NCBI GenBank assembly: GCA_008632985.1
Contig: QPGO01000077.1
Span: 62,001 to 126,000 of the forward strand
DNA: 64,000 nucleotides
Source: Psammoneis japonica
Taxonomy: Eukaryota
Reading direction: 5' to 3'
Part shown: piece after piece, positions 22,864-35,168 of the stretch
Layout of the letters: the number at the start of each line of letters is the position of its first letter
Position numbering within the stretch: the stretch's first letter is position 1
Program-made: the position numbers and the translations under genes
Notes under the pieces: generated by a model
Seen by the model: only the letters and a program-made list of their open reading frames with translations
What the model was told of the DNA's origin: nothing
Database searches by the model: none

Positions 22864-25256
22864 ATGAAGGACAACACTAACGTCAACAATGTGGCGGCTG
22901 TCTCTAAAAGACGTGACTTGCCTAAACTCATCAAGGAAGTAGCAGCCAAGCTGGTTCTGGAAGAAGATGTGTGGGCCAAGTACGACATTCCCAAAATACC
23001 GGCAGAACGGGTCATTCGTCACATGTACGATCGTGCCTCTCAGGCTTGGCACGAGGACGAGACTATAGTCAAGATGGAAAAGGAGCCCTTTACGCATGGT
23101 GCCATGCGACACTGTTTTCGAATGAAAAAAATATCCGTTCCTCCGGGATCGAGTTCCAATCATCGATTTCATTCCTATGGATGGAGCCGAGCAAGTAATT
23201 ATGTAGCAAAGTGCTACATCATGGAGGATGGAAAAACTATCGATACTAGCGACGAAGCCAAAGAGGCGGTTCGAAACGATATTCTGTTGCAATACGAGGC
23301 GGCTCATTGGGCGTGTGTGTTTAACAATGCCGATCCACCCAAGAAAATCAACTTTATCCGAGCCTATGCTATTGAGTTTCCCGATCGACCCGGAAAGCCA
23401 CTCTTTGCCGTAGAGCGATTCATATCTGGAACAGACTCGTACGGCACAGGCTTTATCAAGCACAATACCAATTCTGGTTATGTCGATGACGAAGAACGCC
23501 GCATCACACCGCAAGTGTTTTCGGCGTATTCCTTTTACGCGTCTCAGGGGAATCGGTTGGTGGCGGATATTCAGGGCGTGGGTGACCTCTACACGGATCC
23601 GCAGGTTTTGTCCATGGACTATCGTTTTGGGGATGGGGATTTGGGACCCCGGGGCATGGCTCTCTTTTTTCACTCGTTTCGTCATTGCAGCTTTTCGGAT
23701 TCGCTGGGGATTCCAATTTTCAAACTCTCCCGCAATGAATTGCGTTTTCAACAAAAATACGACGACGACGAAATCACCGTGAGCGATGAAGAGGAGGATT
23801 CCTTTTCGGAAGCATCTATTGACAGGGCTCTCTGTCGGTTTTCACGACTGGACCTGAATCGAAAGAGACGCATGTCTTCTCTCTTGGCACCGGCTCCCTT
23901 TATCGGACAAGACGATCGAAGCGACGGCACCGAAAAACGATCCAACCTGTCTCATCGAGAAGAAATTTCCAAATCGATTCGTAGCTCCCTGTTGCTGACT
24001 AGATCCATGATGTCGTCATCCAGAAGGGTTGTGAAGCCATCCTTTCATCGATCCAAATCGGACATGGATGAAGTTTCGTACTGTTTGCACATTGCCATGA
24101 CGGACGCTGTGTTTGATCACAAGGCATTTCATCGAAAGGCTTCTGGAGAAATCAAACGACGATGGAAACATATGGACAGTGGTTTTCGACGCCGTGGAAG
24201 CGTCATGACAACGGTTGCTCCCGTAATGGTGCCCACAGATGAGACCCGAGCAAACATTGGAAGGGTGAGTTAAAAAATATTGAGAGCATCAGAAGCGCCC
24301 TGTAGCTAGTGTTGGCTTTGCGTTTTCTCATTCCGGACTGCCTGAATAACGATTGGTACTCTCCAAACACGTAGGTTCATTATCACCTTGCCTGTTTACA
24401 TGGCTTGCGGAGATTCCCAGAGATTGTTCCGGAGGAGCCATCATTGGGAGCGAATGACGACGGAGACGTTCCCTCCCACGATGTGTTTTCTGTGCTTTTT
24501 CATTTATGCCACGCGGCATCCTTGCACAATGTCCCTGCTTGCCTTGCTCTTGCTCGCGTCAAGGCCGGTCTTGATACGTGTGTGTCGGACTTGTTGAAGA
24601 ATATTGTTCCCGTGGAGTTTGAAGGTGCCAAGGATTTGCTCAGAAAGGCAATGCAGTCTCCACGGCCACCGTCGGGGCCCAAAGCTGCGGCGGGGTGTCT
24701 CTTGTTTCAAATACTCATGGATGAAGGAGCATCAAGTGATGTGGAAATGATTCATGTTTGCAATGATACTCTGAAGCTCATGGATGAATCGGAAAAGGAA
24801 GCATCGGAGAAGGTAAAGATGAAGGAGCGTTCTGGATCAGGCGGTGCGTTGAAGCCTGGTGATCGGGTGGAGGCAAATTTTGCCATGGAGGGAACTTATT
24901 ATCCCGGTGTTGTCGTTGAGATTTCCGAGGACGGCGCTAGTGTACAGGTGCAGTACGATGACGACGGCTCTACAGAGACTCTCACCAAGGAAAACGTCAG
25001 ATGTGAATCAGCCTCCTTGACCGTGACAAAGGATTCGTTGAGTGATGACGAAGCGCTTGGATATGAGAACACGGACGAAAGGTGCATTGTGGAATCCTAC
25101 ACATTGAAGGCGGAGCTTGCGGAGTTGAAAGCCAAGACTGGCGAGGTTGAAGAAGCAGCAAATCTCTACCAGGAAGCAGCTGATGGAGCGATGAATGATG
25201 GAAAGATGCAGAAGGCTACAGCGTGGAGCCTCAAGGCGTCTGAGTTGCAAGGTTGA
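22864..25256 (+). CDS. Alpha-kinase (eEF2K-like) with C-terminal Tudor-like domain; exons 22864-24264, 24375-25256
   Basis: EPFTHGAMRHCFRMKK, YVAKCY, KHNTNSG, PQVFSAYSF, VADIQGVGDLYTDPQV, DGDLGPRGMALFF and KPGDRVEANF..YYPGVV..VQYDDDG. Intron GTGAGT...TAG is in frame. Confidence 0.9.
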
Positions 25257-25314
25257 AAATTATATCCGTTGTAGCAACCATAACTAACAACATAAAATAT
25301 ATACTATATACTTA

Positions 25315-26921
25315 TCATTTGGAGAAATTAGATTTGATCCTCGAAAGTATATAGTCGCCGGCAGTTATCGGTTCTGTCTCTCGACTTTCGATAAGACAGG
25401 ACTTGTCCGCTTGCGCAAAGAAGGCAACTGAATACCTCGACTGTCCGCACTCAGACTCGAGCGGCATTCGCACTCGATGCAAGTTTGAGAATAAAGCGCC
25501 GTCGCTCCATCGGCTCAACATGTCTCCAATATTCACTGCGATCCCACCCTCTACCGGGGGCACTGGAATCCATTTTGCATTTTCACCGTCGGTAGTCCTA
25601 GGATTCGCTCTACATTCGAGTCCGGCTTGTCCCACTCTCTGAAACAACAACGTGATATTGTCCCAATCCGTGTGTGCACCGGCACGCCAATGAACTTGGC
25701 CCGGTTTCGTGAGTTTCCTCAACTCCTCCACCGTCATTGGAGGATAATGAAGCAGTCGAAGCGTACACTGTCCATCATCTTGCCAAAGAGTATGCGATCG
25801 AGCAAGGGTGCCTGGCTCCAAGTGTGGACAGGCCTTGGGTTCAAGCAGAGACATAACTCTGCACGCAAGATTGTGGGCTAGGCTCATCATTTCTTCATTG
25901 ATGGAACGAAAGCCCGATGGAGTAGAGGGCCAGCGTCCATCCATGCTGCCTTTTCGTGCGGTGATTTGAAGCGACTCTTTCTGATCTGTCGTACCAGTGG
26001 ATGGCCGCACTTGCTTCATGAATTCGTAGCCGGCGTTGAGACTCTTCTCAAAGGGTGATTGGGCCTCCTTATCGGATACCGATTGCCCAAAGAAATCAGC
26101 AGAAGCTTCAAAGACTGCATCAATCTTTTCTTGAGGTATTCCATGGTTAACCAATGAGAAGAATCCCACTTCATTCGCAGCCTTCCATAGCTGCTCTGCA
26201 ACTTCCGCTTCAGGTAGGGCCATGTCAATCACTGGCACCGATCCAGCAGATTCGTCCGCAGCGGCATCAGCTCCAATTCCAGAAGCCAACAAGGACCTTT
26301 CCAGTTCAATCTCAGAAACTTCTTTAGAGGGAGCAGCGTTTGCCCATGATCCGCTCTCTCGATGGGCTTGCAGGGCTTCCTCCGCCAAAACCGGCCCACG
26401 AACCTCCACCTGTCGTCCGGATGGGTCCAAACCCTGTGAGTACAAGTCTCGAATTGGAATATCACAACCACCCGGACCAGAGATTTCTGCCAGCTCTGTC
26501 GCCGAACATCCATATACTACACACTTGAAGCCGGCCCAATAAATCGCTCCGGCGCACATGACACAAGGCTCCGTCGAGGTATACAAGGTGGCCTTTGCTC
26601 GTTCTTCCAACGACAGCCCTTTGCATGCTTTTCGAACAAGCTCCACCTCGGCGTGACGGGTTACATCCGAACCACCTCCACGAACACCCGTGGCTCTGCA
26701 AGCGTTTCGAGCTATCAAGCCAAAACAAAATAAAAGTATCAGATTTGCATGAAGAACAAATAATGAGTCGAGTCGCGGTTGACGCAAAGCTTACCTGCCA
26801 AGACACACTTTTCATCAATAGCCAAGACAGCACCAAACGGCATGGCTCCATCCTTTGCAGCCATGGAGCTCTCCGCGATGGCTCGGCGCATCAGCTGTTC
26901 GTCGATACTCGAATTCGCCAT
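25315..26921 (-). CDS. Fusion of a Zn-dependent nucleoside/nucleobase deaminase (CDA/TadA fold) with an IPNS-type 2OG-Fe(II) dioxygenase; exons 26921-26795, 26711-25315
   Basis: Deaminase motifs PFGAVL, HAE and TLYTSTEPCVMCAGAIYWAG. Dioxygenase motifs VPVIDM, GFFSLVNHGI, LRLLHYP, HTD, VNIGDMLSRWS, HRV and RYS. The 83-nt intron GTAAG...TAG restores the frame. Confidence 0.9.
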
Positions 26922-27021
26922 GGTTGTGTCAGCGGCGAGTAAAGTTCTGGGAAAATTAGAGAAGCAAAAAATTCCAAAAATTGAAGGAAAGATATCTAAT
27001 ATTGGTTATATTCAGCTCTTG

Positions 27022-27064
27022 TAAGTTGAATTAAAGAGCGTTAAACGTTAAATTTGCGTTAAAG
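27022..27064. repeat. 43-bp direct repeat, copy 1 (copy 2 at 35062-35104)
   Basis: TAAGTTGAATTAAAGAGCGTWAAACGTTAAATTWGCGTTAAAG, with 2 mismatches between copies. Confidence 0.9.
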
Positions 27065-27609
27065 CCGCGGTCCCTCACGCCTCACGCAACAACAGCAAAA
27101 GCAACAACAGCTACAACGCCAAGAAGAGCACCCCCTACAGGAAGAGGAGAGAAGTATATTGCATATCACAGCGTAGGTATAGAAACAAAGATGACGGACA
27201 ATGGGAAAATCACGAAAGAGGAAGACAACTCGGGCGGCGCCTTGCAGAAACTTGCAGGTTCCGCCTCCGATGCCTTTGTTGACAGTGGATCTGTCCCCAT
27301 AGCGGGAATCACTCCAGATCGAAAAAGTGTTTTCATATATACGTTGGATCAGAAAAAGATGGGAATCATCTTCTTAATGTTTAATATAAAATGATATCGC
27401 CGAAAATGAGAATGATGGTATTGAATCATATAGTCAATGACAATGTAAATAAAATTATTAGTTCAATCAGTTATTGTAATGTTTTACTATCATTCTCATT
27501 TTCGGCGGGAAAGTATATATAAGCATACGATTCTATAGAATAATGATAAAAGGACCCTTATGAAAACACTTTTCTGGAAGTTAATTATGGGTCGAGGGTG
27601 ATTCCCGCT

Positions 27610-28634
27610 ATGGGGAGAGATAGTGTGAGTTCTCTGGCAGGAAGCGCCGTCGAGGAGGGTGCGAAGCGGTTGAATGACTTCTCTAAGAGTGTCTGCCGGG
27701 ATAATCTCGATCGTATGGCAAAGGAACAGAGTGTTGTCACGGCGGTTGAGGTTGAAAATGTTGCAGGCGGAGTGAGCATGTCTCCAACAATCAGAGAAAT
27801 GTTGGAGGCCTGCTTTCTGTCGCTCGGTGGGGGTGGTGGCAATGGCACCACCTGGGTTGTGTGCGCTCCGACAGACCAAGGAAAGACTGTCGCTGCTCAA
27901 TTCTTGATCCGTGGAAATCACACTCTGCGCCCCAAGCGGTCTCTCAAGATTGATGCCACAAACATGACAAATTTCACAAAGGACTTTGCGGAACACCTGC
28001 AATGCAGTGCGGCAGAGTCGTGCATGTCACAGCTCCTGTGCAAGGCACTCGGCGACACCGCGCCTAGAGGCGGTGACAGCAAAGTCACCAAGGCAAGTGC
28101 AGCGGCAATGAATGTGACAGGGAAGCATCTGTGTGCTCCTGGGAATGCCATTGCGTTTGAAAATCTGATGGAAATGCGCGATGCCGAGAAGTGCAAAGTT
28201 CTCAAGCTCGAAACGACAATGATGAGCCTGCTCCGATTCTCACCATTGATGAATTTTATTGCGACACTGAAGAGAACCAAAAATTTGCACGGACGTTGCT
28301 GCGAGACGCAGCGGCAAAAGGAACAATTGTGTTTCTCATGACATGCCACCAAGTTTGGGCGTCCAAGTTGATTAACCTGAACGGTGGAGCCAAATGCAAA
28401 CCGCTCCATCGCAACGTGGACAATCAGGAGCATGATGGTTCAAAGCGTTTTGCGGGATCTCCTGTGTGGAATGAATTTTTTTGGCCGGTGAAGGACCTTC
28501 GGGAATTGGTTCGACCCATGTGTGAGAAATTCAACATCACGCTAGAAACGGCGGTGCCTGATGATGCAAAACTCACCCCTGCCGAGGCAAAGAAGACCAT
28601 CATGAAGTTGCGCTTGGAGAAGCAACTTAGTTGA
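27610..28634 (+). pseudogene. Frameshifted P-loop NTPase (AAA-like) gene
   Basis: Walker A-like VVCAPTDQGKT and Walker B-like ILTIDEF lie in different frames, with the shift near 28200. The sequence is TA-poor. Confidence 0.6.
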
Positions 28635-29469
28635 ATGATCGTGTGGTCTCGCAATGGGACGAGCCCGGCATTCACTGCCACAATCTGGTGGAAGAGGCGT
28701 GGCACAGTTCAGTGGGATGGACGGCTGCACCAGAGTTTGTGGCTGAATTGAAGCTGCCAGAGTCACAACTCATCTGTTCAATGGCATTCTTCAATGGAGA
28801 ACAGGCATTGGCAGCCAGAAAACTTTGTGCTCAGAGCACACCTCCAGCAATTCAAAGCTCACACACAATGCGTTCTAAGTCGCTCCTCCAACCGAACACT
28901 CTTCTACCGGGGCATGTCATTTAACAAGAAAAAGTCATAAGAAGATGGTCCTAAATTGTTCATGAAGATCAATCAATCGAATCATGTTGGCTTCAGCCGT
29001 CAACAAAAAATCATGGCTTTCAAAGCATTAAAATGAAGGTGTCTCTCAGATGCGCACAAACTGACATTCAGGGAAGCTGTCACAAGGGAGTCATGCATTG
29101 GGCCTTGTCACCTCCAAGCACATGCAAGAAGCTGTGACCACTGCTGAAAAGTGTACAAAAGAAGAACTCGACATCCAGAATTTCCCCAAGGCTGGTTTGG
29201 GCCCATTGCCTGATGCGTGCACATCGGAAATTGACGACACTGCCAAACTGGATCTGTTTCGCGCAGAAAATTCTTAAGAACAGATTCCAGAAATCTTGTC
29301 AAAAAAGGATTCTTAAAAATGTGCATGACTTGATCTCATGGATTTACAGAAATGCTCATTCTTGAGAATCCCCCCCATCCATTTTCGAGAATGCTTGTTT
29401 TCCATTTTCGAAAATGCCGTGCTTGCTCTCGCCCGAGCAAGCTTGTCCACACAAACCTTGTGGCGACCA

Positions 29470-32400
29470 CCATGAGCAATGCATCGTCTGAATCTCATTG
29501 TTCATTGTTCGAACATGATGCATTCCTTCATGAAAGCAGCAGGGCCAAGATGCTGACACAAGAGCAATTTCCTCACATCGAATGCCTCCTCTCGCATTGT
29601 GAATCTGGCGATGAAGCAGCAGAACTCGACATCAAACAATGGAGATGAAAGCACCCTGAATGGAACCAGACATCAAAGAAGCATTTTTTCCACGACGGAT
29701 TCATTTGTCAGAAAGACACTGAGGTTCATCCGCTGAAGGAAAAACGCATCATCCATGAGCTGCAGTGCTTTGACATCACATCACAAGCTCATGAGACAGA
29801 CGGCTGTCACCGCACCGGCAACGCAACATTCTGCCGTTTGTCCAAAGAGTTCTGCAACATGACTGCAAACATTGTTCTCATTGCATTTCTCTCAAGTCCA
29901 AGAAAAACAAGTTTGTTCTGGTTGGCATGGGAAGGGGGGGGGAATCGCAAAGCTTCATGGAACCAGTTTCCCAACTTCTTTCTTGTCGTGCATCCTTGAA
30001 GATTCTCATTTCTGAATCCTCCAACAATTCTTGTGATGCTCTCAATTTCATCCTTCTTTTTCATAGAACCCACTGTCATTGGCACTGTCATTGGCACTGT
30101 CCCCACCACCACTTCCTCTTGTTTTGTTGTTGCCAACCATGATTTGCATGTGCACGACACCCACAGGCCCCGTGTCAAATTGGGTCACACAGCGTTGTCA
30201 TTGCAATGAGACCCCAACTCGCAGTTGTCTCCCGACAAACTCTCAGCCATGATTAAAGAGAAGCATCACAAACGCTGTTTCCTTGCTGAGGCGTTCAGCC
30301 TGGATCAGTTGGGCAGTCCTTTCACTGCCAAAACGTCAAAGATGTTGACGGAAAAGGAATGCACCCACATCCTTTGTTTGCTGGACGTCACCACCAGGAT
30401 TCAAGTGACACAAATCAGGGGCTCAACCTGAAGGAGTGGTGCTGCAAATGTCCTGAGTGGAACTGCATGAATGACAAGCACTGCACGGAGCATCCTGTGG
30501 AGGGTCCTTCATTGCTCTTTTGCAAAGGAGAGGATTCTCCCAAACAAGTCGTTCATCAGATGATGTGTTTCGACATGCTCAAACAAATTCACTCATTGGC
30601 TGGTCACAAGAAGGTGGCCTCCACCCATGCTGTTGCAAAGGACAAGCACTTCAACATGGCCCACAGCATTGTGAAAGCCTTTGTTGAGACTTGCCTGCAA
30701 TGCTCTGCCAAACAGCCACGTGTTGCAAAACACAAAGGCGCGGTTTGACCAACAATGTCCGATCACTTTTGTGACAGGGTCCAAGCAGATTATGTCGACT
30801 GCACCAAAGATCCTCAAACAGACCCATTTGGGGTTTTGCACAAATGGCTGCTGGTGGTGAAGGATCATTTTTCCCACATTTCATGGATGCATCAAACACT
30901 CACCAAAGAGGCAAAGTGCATGGCCGCTTTGTTTCATCATCATTTCAGCCTGTTTGGTCCTCCACTCATCTGTCAATCCAATTGCAGCAGAGAAGTTCAC
31001 AGGAAGGAAGTCATCAACAAACTGAAGGAAATTCAACCATCCATCCAAACTGTTCGAGGCCATGCAAGGACACCCAGGGATCAAGGATCAGTGGAAAGGA
31101 TGAGCAGTTCTTTGAAAGAGTCAATCACTGCTCTTGTGAAGGAGAGGCGTGACAATGGCAATCCCAGTGCCAATTGGGTGACATGTCATCCCAATGCAAT
31201 GGCTGCCATTGATGTGATGAAGAGCACTGGCCACAATGAGGAATCACCCCATTCCACAGCATTTGGAATGGAGCACATGGAGCCAATGATCACTGCCACC
31301 AACAAGGCCACCGCCGATTGCAGCACAGTTGAAGAGATGGTCAACGCACTCAGCAATCAACACAAAGAGAAAATGACGATGATGCAAGAGTGTGGACCAG
31401 ATCCAAACACTGATGACTCATTGTCTCCCAGCCAAATTGCTGCACGAGATGCTCACCATGCAAAACTGGCCACCCTTCCTGATGCAAATGATGAGTCAAA
31501 ACCTGCGTCTCTTGTGGACCCTGTGGAGCAAGGGCCAGGGTTGGGTTTGGCGGGCCGCCCCGCAAGCGCTGATGACTCAACGTCATCCCATGACAACAAA
31601 CAAGATGCGGTGCACATTCAACACACCATTGACAATGACTTGAAGCCCGCAGCACTTTCCAACCCAGTTGATGCCACCAACGAAGGAGAGAGTGTTCCTG
31701 GACAGAAATTGTTGTCAGAGCTGGAGGAGGAAGACCCGCAACATGCTGGTGCTCATCTTGGGTTGCTTGCTGAGACTGCCACAGAAGCATCTCCCTTCAA
31801 ATCGGAAGGGAAGTTGAAGAGTGTCACTCAGCTGCAAGCATTGAACAGAGCCAAAAGGAGGAAGAGAAAGGTCAAGTCCATCAACAACATGAAACTTGAA
31901 CACCGCTTGCGTCAGCTGATGCTTGCTGAGGCTTTGTCTCAGGTGGTTGCTGTGCAACAACGTCACTTGGTTGACAGCAAAACAGTTTGTTGCTCCTGTC
32001 CATCTTTGCACTGCCGCTGCTGTCCCCTTGGGAGTGCCCTCATCAGCACCTTTGATGACAAGTGTTGCCATCTCAACATGGACACAAGTCGTTGGTGGGC
32101 ACACGACTTCACATCCAGCTTTGCCATTTTGCCAGCTCACGACATCCACCCATCCAACAATTGGGTCATTCAGTGCAACTGTCCAAATGAGGTCATTGAC
32201 GAGGATCAGCTCATTGATCTTGATCCAGGCATTGACACTTTGATTGCCATTGCACACGCCAGTCATCATTTTGCCACACTGTTCTTTGACATGCCAAATG
32301 AACTTGTGACAGTGCACGAAGGACTCAAATGCAATCCAACCACTTGGATGACACATGCCACCAATGTGTTGTGCCATCATGGATTCATTCCAAGAGAGAG

Positions 32401-35061
32401 CCACAGCCGTTGGCTCAAAGTCACATCAGGGAAGACATTGACCTGATTGGAGGACACAACATGCTCACAAAGGATGGGTGCTCATGGTGGGCAACAGTCT
32501 TGTTGAACAAAATGATGGGCATGAATGTGGACCCATTGTGGTGGGGCACATTTAGACAGCCATCGATCCATCCTTCAACCTTTCCAAAGTTCCTCACCAA
32601 CAAATGCGTGGTGTCATTGTTCGCAAATGCCAGTCATTGACAAACAAATGTGCGTCAACCAATGCGTTGATGGTTGAAACACAGGAAGACGTTTTTACAT
32701 TGCCCAAGGAGGGCAATGTGACAGAAGGCGCAGCATCTTCTGCATTGACAGGTGACCCAGGAAAGAAATCTGTTGTGTCTCCAGAGTCAAAGGATTCAGA
32801 GGCCACGGACACCACGTGTTGCATTTGCTGCGGAGAAACACTCCCGGTGGAACGGAATTTGCTTGAATGCCAACATGCGATGCATCTGCAGTGTCTTCTT
32901 AATTGGTGCAAAACAAGCAAGATGGGCATGACGTGTCCAATTTGCAGGGAGGAAATGCCACCACACACAATTGGAGATGGAGGCGTGCTGTCTGCGAAAG
33001 TTCAAAGGAGTCGCAGTTTGTGTCAGAGACAATGATCAGACTCTGCATCTTTGTTGGAGAACATGGACCGGGAGCTGGCAGACATGATCCAGTTCAGATG
33101 CATCATGACCAAGGCACAGTTGCGATTGCTTGAATCTTCTTCCTCATCATCAAGCTCAGAAGAAGAGCTGCTGGCCAACAATCCTGGTGCACTGCAACAC
33201 ACATTGGAGGAAGTGTCATTTGCCGCATTGCCATGCACTGACCAACAAGAGACGGCTTCATCCTCGGTTGCATTTGTTGCTTCACCCGAGAATGCTGAGA
33301 CAGACAAGGCGGTGCGGGAGCAAGCTTCTTTGGTTGACCAACAGGGCACGGCTTCATCCTCAGTTGCACTCGTTGCTTCGCCGGCCCCCAAGGAGGCTGA
33401 GACAGAAGAGGTGGTGTGTGATGCTCCATTGGTGGAGTCATCCGCACACTCCATCTCATCTGCCAAATCGGCACATTTACAACGTAGACAGCAGTGCACT
33501 GAGTCCAAAAAAAAAGGAAAGCCCAGCAACTGCAGATGTGTTTTCATCCCAGGTGAGAAACGCGCATGCGGAGGTGAGACGTTTCGTCTGTCCCTTTTCC
33601 GTCGCCATGCTTTTTGTGCGAGCAAATCTGACTGGACTTTCCCCCGATTTTTCATTTCTTCTTTCCACAGACATGTTTATTTTGAAAAGCCAGCCGTTGT
33701 TCTCATTGGTTGAAGGGTGCGTGCAAGAAAAGCGCTGTCTCAAAAGCGGCATTTTTTGGAGTGAAACTGACAGCTGTCTGCTCGTTGTTGTCATTCTGGT
33801 GCATTTGAGAGACTATTCTGCTGTTTCTTTCACCGAATCTGACTACTTTGAAAGAATGTACACATCATTCATTGTATAAAGAGCTCATGCCAAAAAAGAA
33901 CGGCGTTCTAACTCTGTTGTTTGCGTGAGAAAAATCGGGGGAACTGACTTCGCACGTGATTTTTTTGCGCGATCGGCCATTTCAAAGATCGACTGATTTG
34001 TCGACCTGTGTGGGATGCTTGAGTGAATAAAACAATGGGATTGAAATGGCAGCGTCAAAGTTCAATGTGTGTCTAGTTGTCATGTGATTTGACATGCCTG
34101 GGCAGAGTTAAAGATGAAATGTTGACAAAATTTCACCGCTCAAAATGACCAGTTCCATCTCAGAATAAAATGAAATGGCTGCAACACTGAGATGTCGCTA
34201 ATGGCATTGTTCTACTTTACAACAATGAAACCATCACACTTGCATCTGAGATTCTTTGTCCTCACACACCCTCAAAACCGAACACATGACGATTCTCTTG
34301 TCGGCAGCGAAATCTGATGTTGTCGCGCGACCCAAAAGCGTCGTCCACAACGACTCAAAGTGCGGACGATACATTGTAAGAATCACAGCAACGTGTCATA
34401 GAAACATTCTTCGTTGTCAGCATCCGGTGTCAAGTGGATGGAGCAGCGCGTTGATGAGAATCCCACTTCGCAAGCTGAGGAAGAGAGAAAGAGGCATCAA
34501 AAATGTCATGAGTCAAAAGGCTGTCCACAAGGCACAACAAAAAACAAAGATCAAATTTTCAACCACATCATCGTATTGAGCGTTGTCTCACTGACCTGTC
34601 TCGGCATTCTTGCCTTCTCAGTCACAACATCCGTTGGTGCAAGAATGGACGAGTTCATGGCGACGGCATGGTGCCATTTTCGGTTTGCGCGAATTGTGGT
34701 TTGTGGTTCGAGACATGGAAAAATATATTTTTACTGTCATGGAGCTCGTTTTTCACTAAGATTTTTGGCACCAAATGTACGTCTCATGTAGAAACACGTA
34801 GAAAACCTCGTGATGTGTCCAAAAGTTTCTCACCTGGGATGAAAACACATCTGCAGTCCACAAAGAAGATGTGGAAAATGCACAACAAAAGTGCCGAAGT
34901 TAAGGTGGGTGACATGGTGGCAGTGAAGATGGATGTGCATGACAGATCACATGGAAATCCACTGGGCCTGCTTGGCGTTGTTTTTCAATGTCGGAAGCAT
35001 CCGTCTTATTCAGTGCAAGCAGTCACGGAACATGGGACAACAGAGCCAAGGGGTGGAGAAA
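29470..35061 (+). mobile_element. Degenerate Ginger-like DNA transposon: HHCC + rve integrase, Ulp1-like protease region, RING finger
   Basis: IHSLAGH...CLQC, RVQADYVD, LVVKDHFS, FGPPLICQSN, GHARTPRDQGSVER; Ulp1-like HFATLFFD..VTVHEGL; RING CCICC..CQHAMH..C..W..CPICR; C-terminal VKVGDMVAV..D..DR..NPLGLLGVV. No RT was seen and the element ends were not defined. Confidence 0.65.
33529..34857. mobile_element. Non-autonomous TIR element (MITE-like, 1.3 kb) nested in the Ginger-like element
   Basis: Perfect 33-bp inverted repeat ACTGCAGATGTGTTTTCATCCCAGGTGAGAAAC at 33529-33561 and 34825-34857. Confidence 0.8.
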
Positions 35062-35104
35062 TAAGTTGAATTAAAGAGCGTAAAACGTTAAATTAGCGTT
35101 AAAG
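35062..35104. repeat. 43-bp direct repeat, copy 2
   Basis: Matches 27022-27064 at 41/43 positions. Confidence 0.9.
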
Positions 35105-35168
35105 GTGAACGCGGTTGATCGCGCAAGCAACCCCTCATTTTTCTGAGCGAGGGAAGAGAGGGTCGGCC

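Noticed and set aside
27191..27394. 67-aa ORF as an independent gene
   Set aside because: It runs into AT-rich sequence and may be a detached 5' part of the NTPase pseudogene. I cannot support it as a gene.
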